Assembly: GCA_020073085.1 (NCBI GenBank)
Contig: JAIQFV010000009.1
Span: 124,162 to 188,161, forward strand
Direction: 5' to 3'
Source: Terriglobia bacterium
Lineage (GTDB): Bacteria; Acidobacteriota; Terriglobia; JAIQFV01
Length of the DNA: 64,000 nucleotides
Positions 61,730 through 64,000 of this stretch are shown piece by piece. Positions within the stretch are counted from its first letter, which is position 1. Every line of letters begins with the position of its first letter. Both the position numbers and the translations under genes were made by a program. The notes beneath the pieces were generated by a model that was not told the DNA's origin, did not search any database, and was given only the letters and a program-made list of their open reading frames with translations.

Positions 61730-63148
61730 TCATAACCGGACATACTCAAAATCGAACGGCTTTCCGCCAACACCGCTTTTGGGTGGCGCAATCCAGTTGG
61801 CGATCTTTCCCGGGTCAGTGACGGGTTTCATCAACTCGCGCACATAAGCCCGATCCTCTTGCCCGGGCAGCCAGAAGGGGGCCCTTGATTCGAACTCTTC
61901 CTTCGAAACCAGGTTGCCTTCAAGATCGAAGCAGTGGTTCGCGAATTCACCCTGATGGCGATGAAAACGGGTGGAGGGAAGGACCAGCCTCGTGGAGATA
62001 CCCTCTTCCTCCAGCGCTTTGTTCCACCTTGCCAGACCGCGCTCGCAATCCTTGACATACTCGCCACGCAGCACTTCGTTCAACGCATTCCGGAGCGGGG
62101 CCTCTTTCGTGGTGAGCCTTCCGTTCTCGATCACGGTCAGCGAATAGGTGGTGTCACTGATCACATGGTCTTCATACTTTTTCTGCTCGAGATAGCGCCC
62201 TTTCAAGCCCGCCGAGAAGAAGTCCGCTGCATTGGAAGAAATCTCGCCACCGAAAAGATCAAGCGAATAGCTGTACCAGAAATTGATGTAGCGCTGGATG
62301 ATGGAGAGGGGGATGCCGCTGAGCGCCCTCACCTCGTTGTCGCCCTGATTCTTTGTCTGCTTCATCAGCTCCGCGGTGCGTTTCACGATGCGCTCCAGGC
62401 CCGACTCTCCCACAAACATGTGGTGCGCTTCCTCGGTCAGCATGAACTGGCAGGTGCGCGCCAGCGGCTCGAAACCCGACTCGGCCAGGGACGCGAGCTG
62501 ATATTTTCCATCGCGGTCCGTGAACATGGTAAATGCGTAAAAGTTGAGCCAGTCATCACACGGCTGGTTGAAGGCGCCCAGGATGCGCGGCTTGTCGGTG
62601 TCGCCGCTCCGCCGCTGAAGCAGCTCCTCGGCCTCCTCACGGCCGTCGCGTCCGAAGTATTTTTGGAGGATGTACACCATCGCCCACAAGTGTCTCCCCT
62701 CTTCCACATTCACCTGGAACAGGTTTCGCAGGTCGTACATCGAAGGGCAGGTGGCGCCCAGGCTCCGCTGCTGTTCGACGGAGGCCGGCTCGGTATCGCC
62801 CTGGGTCACGACAATGCGGCGCAGTGCGTTGCGAAACTCCCCGGGAACCTCCTGGTAGGCCGGGTTGCCGCAACCATCTCCAAACCCGATGGTGGCGTTT
62901 TCTTTGGAAGGGTTCAGGAAGATCCCCCAGCGATATTCCGGCATCTTGACATAATCAAAATGGGCCCAGCCCTCGGGCTCTACCGACACGGCGGTCCGAA
63001 GGTAAACATCGCGCCCCTGGAACCCCTCCGGTCCCATTTCGTTCCACCAGGACAGGAAATTCGGAAGCCATTTCTCCAGCGCGCGCTGAAGCTGGGGATC
63101 GTTGCTGAGATCGACATTGTTGGGAATTTTATCGAAGACGCTCATCAA
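61730..63148 (-). CDS. boxB: benzoyl-CoA oxygenase component B (BoxB)-like di-iron protein
   Basis: 472 aa (BoxB is about 473 aa). N-terminus MMSVFDKIPNNVDLSNDPQLQRALEKWLPNFLSWWNEMGPEGF agrees with recollection of BoxB N-termini. Multiple E/H candidates for a di-iron site (EEAHHMF). Confidence 0.5.
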   Translation of the reverse strand: MMSVFDKIPNNVDLSNDPQLQRALEKWLPNFLSWWNEMGPEGFQGRDVYLRTAVSVEPEGWAHFDYVKMPEYRWGIFLNPSKENATIGFGDGCGNPAYQEVPGEFRNALRRIVVTQGDTEPASVEQQRSLGATCPSMYDLRNLFQVNVEEGRHLWAMVYILQKYFGRDGREEAEELLQRRSGDTDKPRILGAFNQPCDDWLNFYAFTMFTDRDGKYQLASLAESGFEPLARTCQFMLTEEAHHMFVGESGLERIVKRTAELMKQTKNQGDNEVRALSGIPLSIIQRYINFWYSYSLDLFGGEISSNAADFFSAGLKGRYLEQKKYEDHVISDTTYSLTVIENGRLTTKEAPLRNALNEVLRGEYVKDCERGLARWNKALEEEGISTRLVLPSTRFHRHQGEFANHCFDLEGNLVSKEEFESRAPFWLPGQEDRAYVRELMKPVTDPGKIANWIAPPKSGVGGKPFDFEYVRL

Positions 63149-63189
63149 TTGTCCTTTGGCGAGAATCTTGAGTCGTGAAACGGAGTAGC

Positions 63190-63310
63190 CGTCTTGATAC
63201 CGAAGCCAGAAGCGAGAAGCCGGACGCCAGAGGTCGGAAGTCAGAAGTCAGAGCTCAGAAATGAGACCACTAGGATCACAGTCTCTGGCTTCTGGCATCC
63301 GGCTTCTGGC
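63190..63310. repeat. inverted low-complexity repeat (gaagccagaagc / gcttctggcttc arms) between boxC-like and boxB-like
   Basis: gaagccagaagcgagaagccggacgccagaggtcggaagtcagaag ... ctctggcttctggcatccggcttctggcgtcc. Confidence 0.8.
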
Positions 63311-63325
63311 GTCCATTGAATACCT

Positions 63326-64000
63326 TCATGTCCTTCGAAAGTCAAACTTCGCCTTCGTCGGCTTCCCGTAATTCGTCAGCGCTCCGTGTTCGCCGACGGC
63401 GTTGGGCCGCTGGAAGATCCAGTTCTGCCAGGCGGTGAGGCGTCCATAGATCTTGGTGTCGGTGGTTTCCGGGCCGGCGAATCGCAACGAGGCCTCCATG
63501 CCGGTCAGGGCGTCTGGGGACAGCGAAGTCCGCTCTTCGATGGCCACGCGGATCTCATCGTCCCAGTCCAGCCCGTCGGGCACCAGGGTGACAAGGCCAG
63601 CTTCGAGCGCGGGGTCGGCTGAGAAATGAGCGGGAGGTTTCAAAGCAGCCTCGACCCGGGCGGTATCGTTGAGAAAGCGGGATTCCAGGCGCGAGAGGCC
63701 GTTTGACATCGGCAGTGCGCCGGCGTTCATCGAATTAGTAACAATTCTAATCGCTTGATCCGGGTCGTTTCGCATGTAGATGCGATCCGAAGCGAGTGCA
63801 AGTTCCAGGAGATTCCCCGCGAAGCAACTTCCCTCTTCAATCAAAGTAAAGAAACTCTTGGCGGTATGATCCATCCGGCGCAGAACGCGACCCATATGGA
63901 GAATGATCTCCCGCACCAATCCATGGTTCCGGTGGTTTGAGAGTATTTCATCGATCCGGAGGATGGCGTCCAATTCGCCGTGAGTGCGGACACACACCAA
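63326..64000 (-). CDS. C-terminal part of a crotonase-fold protein, possibly BoxC-like benzoyl-CoA-dihydrodiol lyase (N-terminus beyond window)
   Basis: 224 aa, open to the window edge. Lies immediately upstream of boxB-like on the same strand. Assignment rests on context plus vague C-terminal resemblance only. Confidence 0.35.
   Translation of the reverse strand: MVCVRTHGELDAILRIDEILSNHRNHGLVREIILHMGRVLRRMDHTAKSFFTLIEEGSCFAGNLLELALASDRIYMRNDPDQAIRIVTNSMNAGALPMSNGLSRLESRFLNDTARVEAALKPPAHFSADPALEAGLVTLVPDGLDWDDEIRVAIEERTSLSPDALTGMEASLRFAGPETTDTKIYGRLTAWQNWIFQRPNAVGEHGALTNYGKPTKAKFDFRRT

Overview
This is a 64-kb, roughly 60% GC chromosomal segment from a Gram-negative bacterium with dense coding on both strands. 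The TPR/WD40/STAND content and the abundant structured intergenic repeats suggest an Acidobacteria-like genome, but that is inference only. No rRNA, tRNA or CRISPR array was found.

Core metabolism and housekeeping: ornithine cyclodeaminase, tatA, a thiolase / dienelactone hydrolase / 3-hydroxybutyryl-CoA dehydrogenase cluster, recA, a PBP-type transpeptidase, ferredoxin, bioY, an amidohydrolase, an SDR, M16 and M28 peptidases, a DUF711 protein and a sensor histidine kinase.

Most notable content:
1. A 4-hydroxybenzoyl-CoA-reductase-like molybdo-flavo-iron-sulfur operon (hcrC / hcrA / hcrB-like, with the diagnostic four-Cys [4Fe-4S] insertion in the FAD subunit). It is interrupted by a PLP-dependent dehydratase gene and lies next to BoxB-like and BoxC-like genes, which points to a hybrid (hydroxy)benzoyl-CoA catabolic cluster.
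2. A toxin-antitoxin islet (orphan HicB, a nucleotidyltransferase pair, HigBA) punctuated by a REP-like palindromic repeat family.
3. Three tandem arrays of a highly structured 72-140-bp hairpin repeat, lying beside two diverged paralogous secreted proteins. They are array-like but not CRISPR, because the unit is repeated whole.
4. A sigma-54 activator next to a 1430-aa Ser/Thr-kinase / P-loop STAND NTPase / WD40 protein, upstream of a cluster of secreted hypothetical proteins that has a candidate -24/-12 promoter.
5. Two AT-rich islets, one carrying a GIY-YIG nuclease flanked by direct repeats, the other a Cys-rich hypothetical gene.
6. Several further repeat families: a MITE-like 115-bp element, long inverted low-complexity intergenic palindromes, and a 65-bp element shared by two promoter regions.
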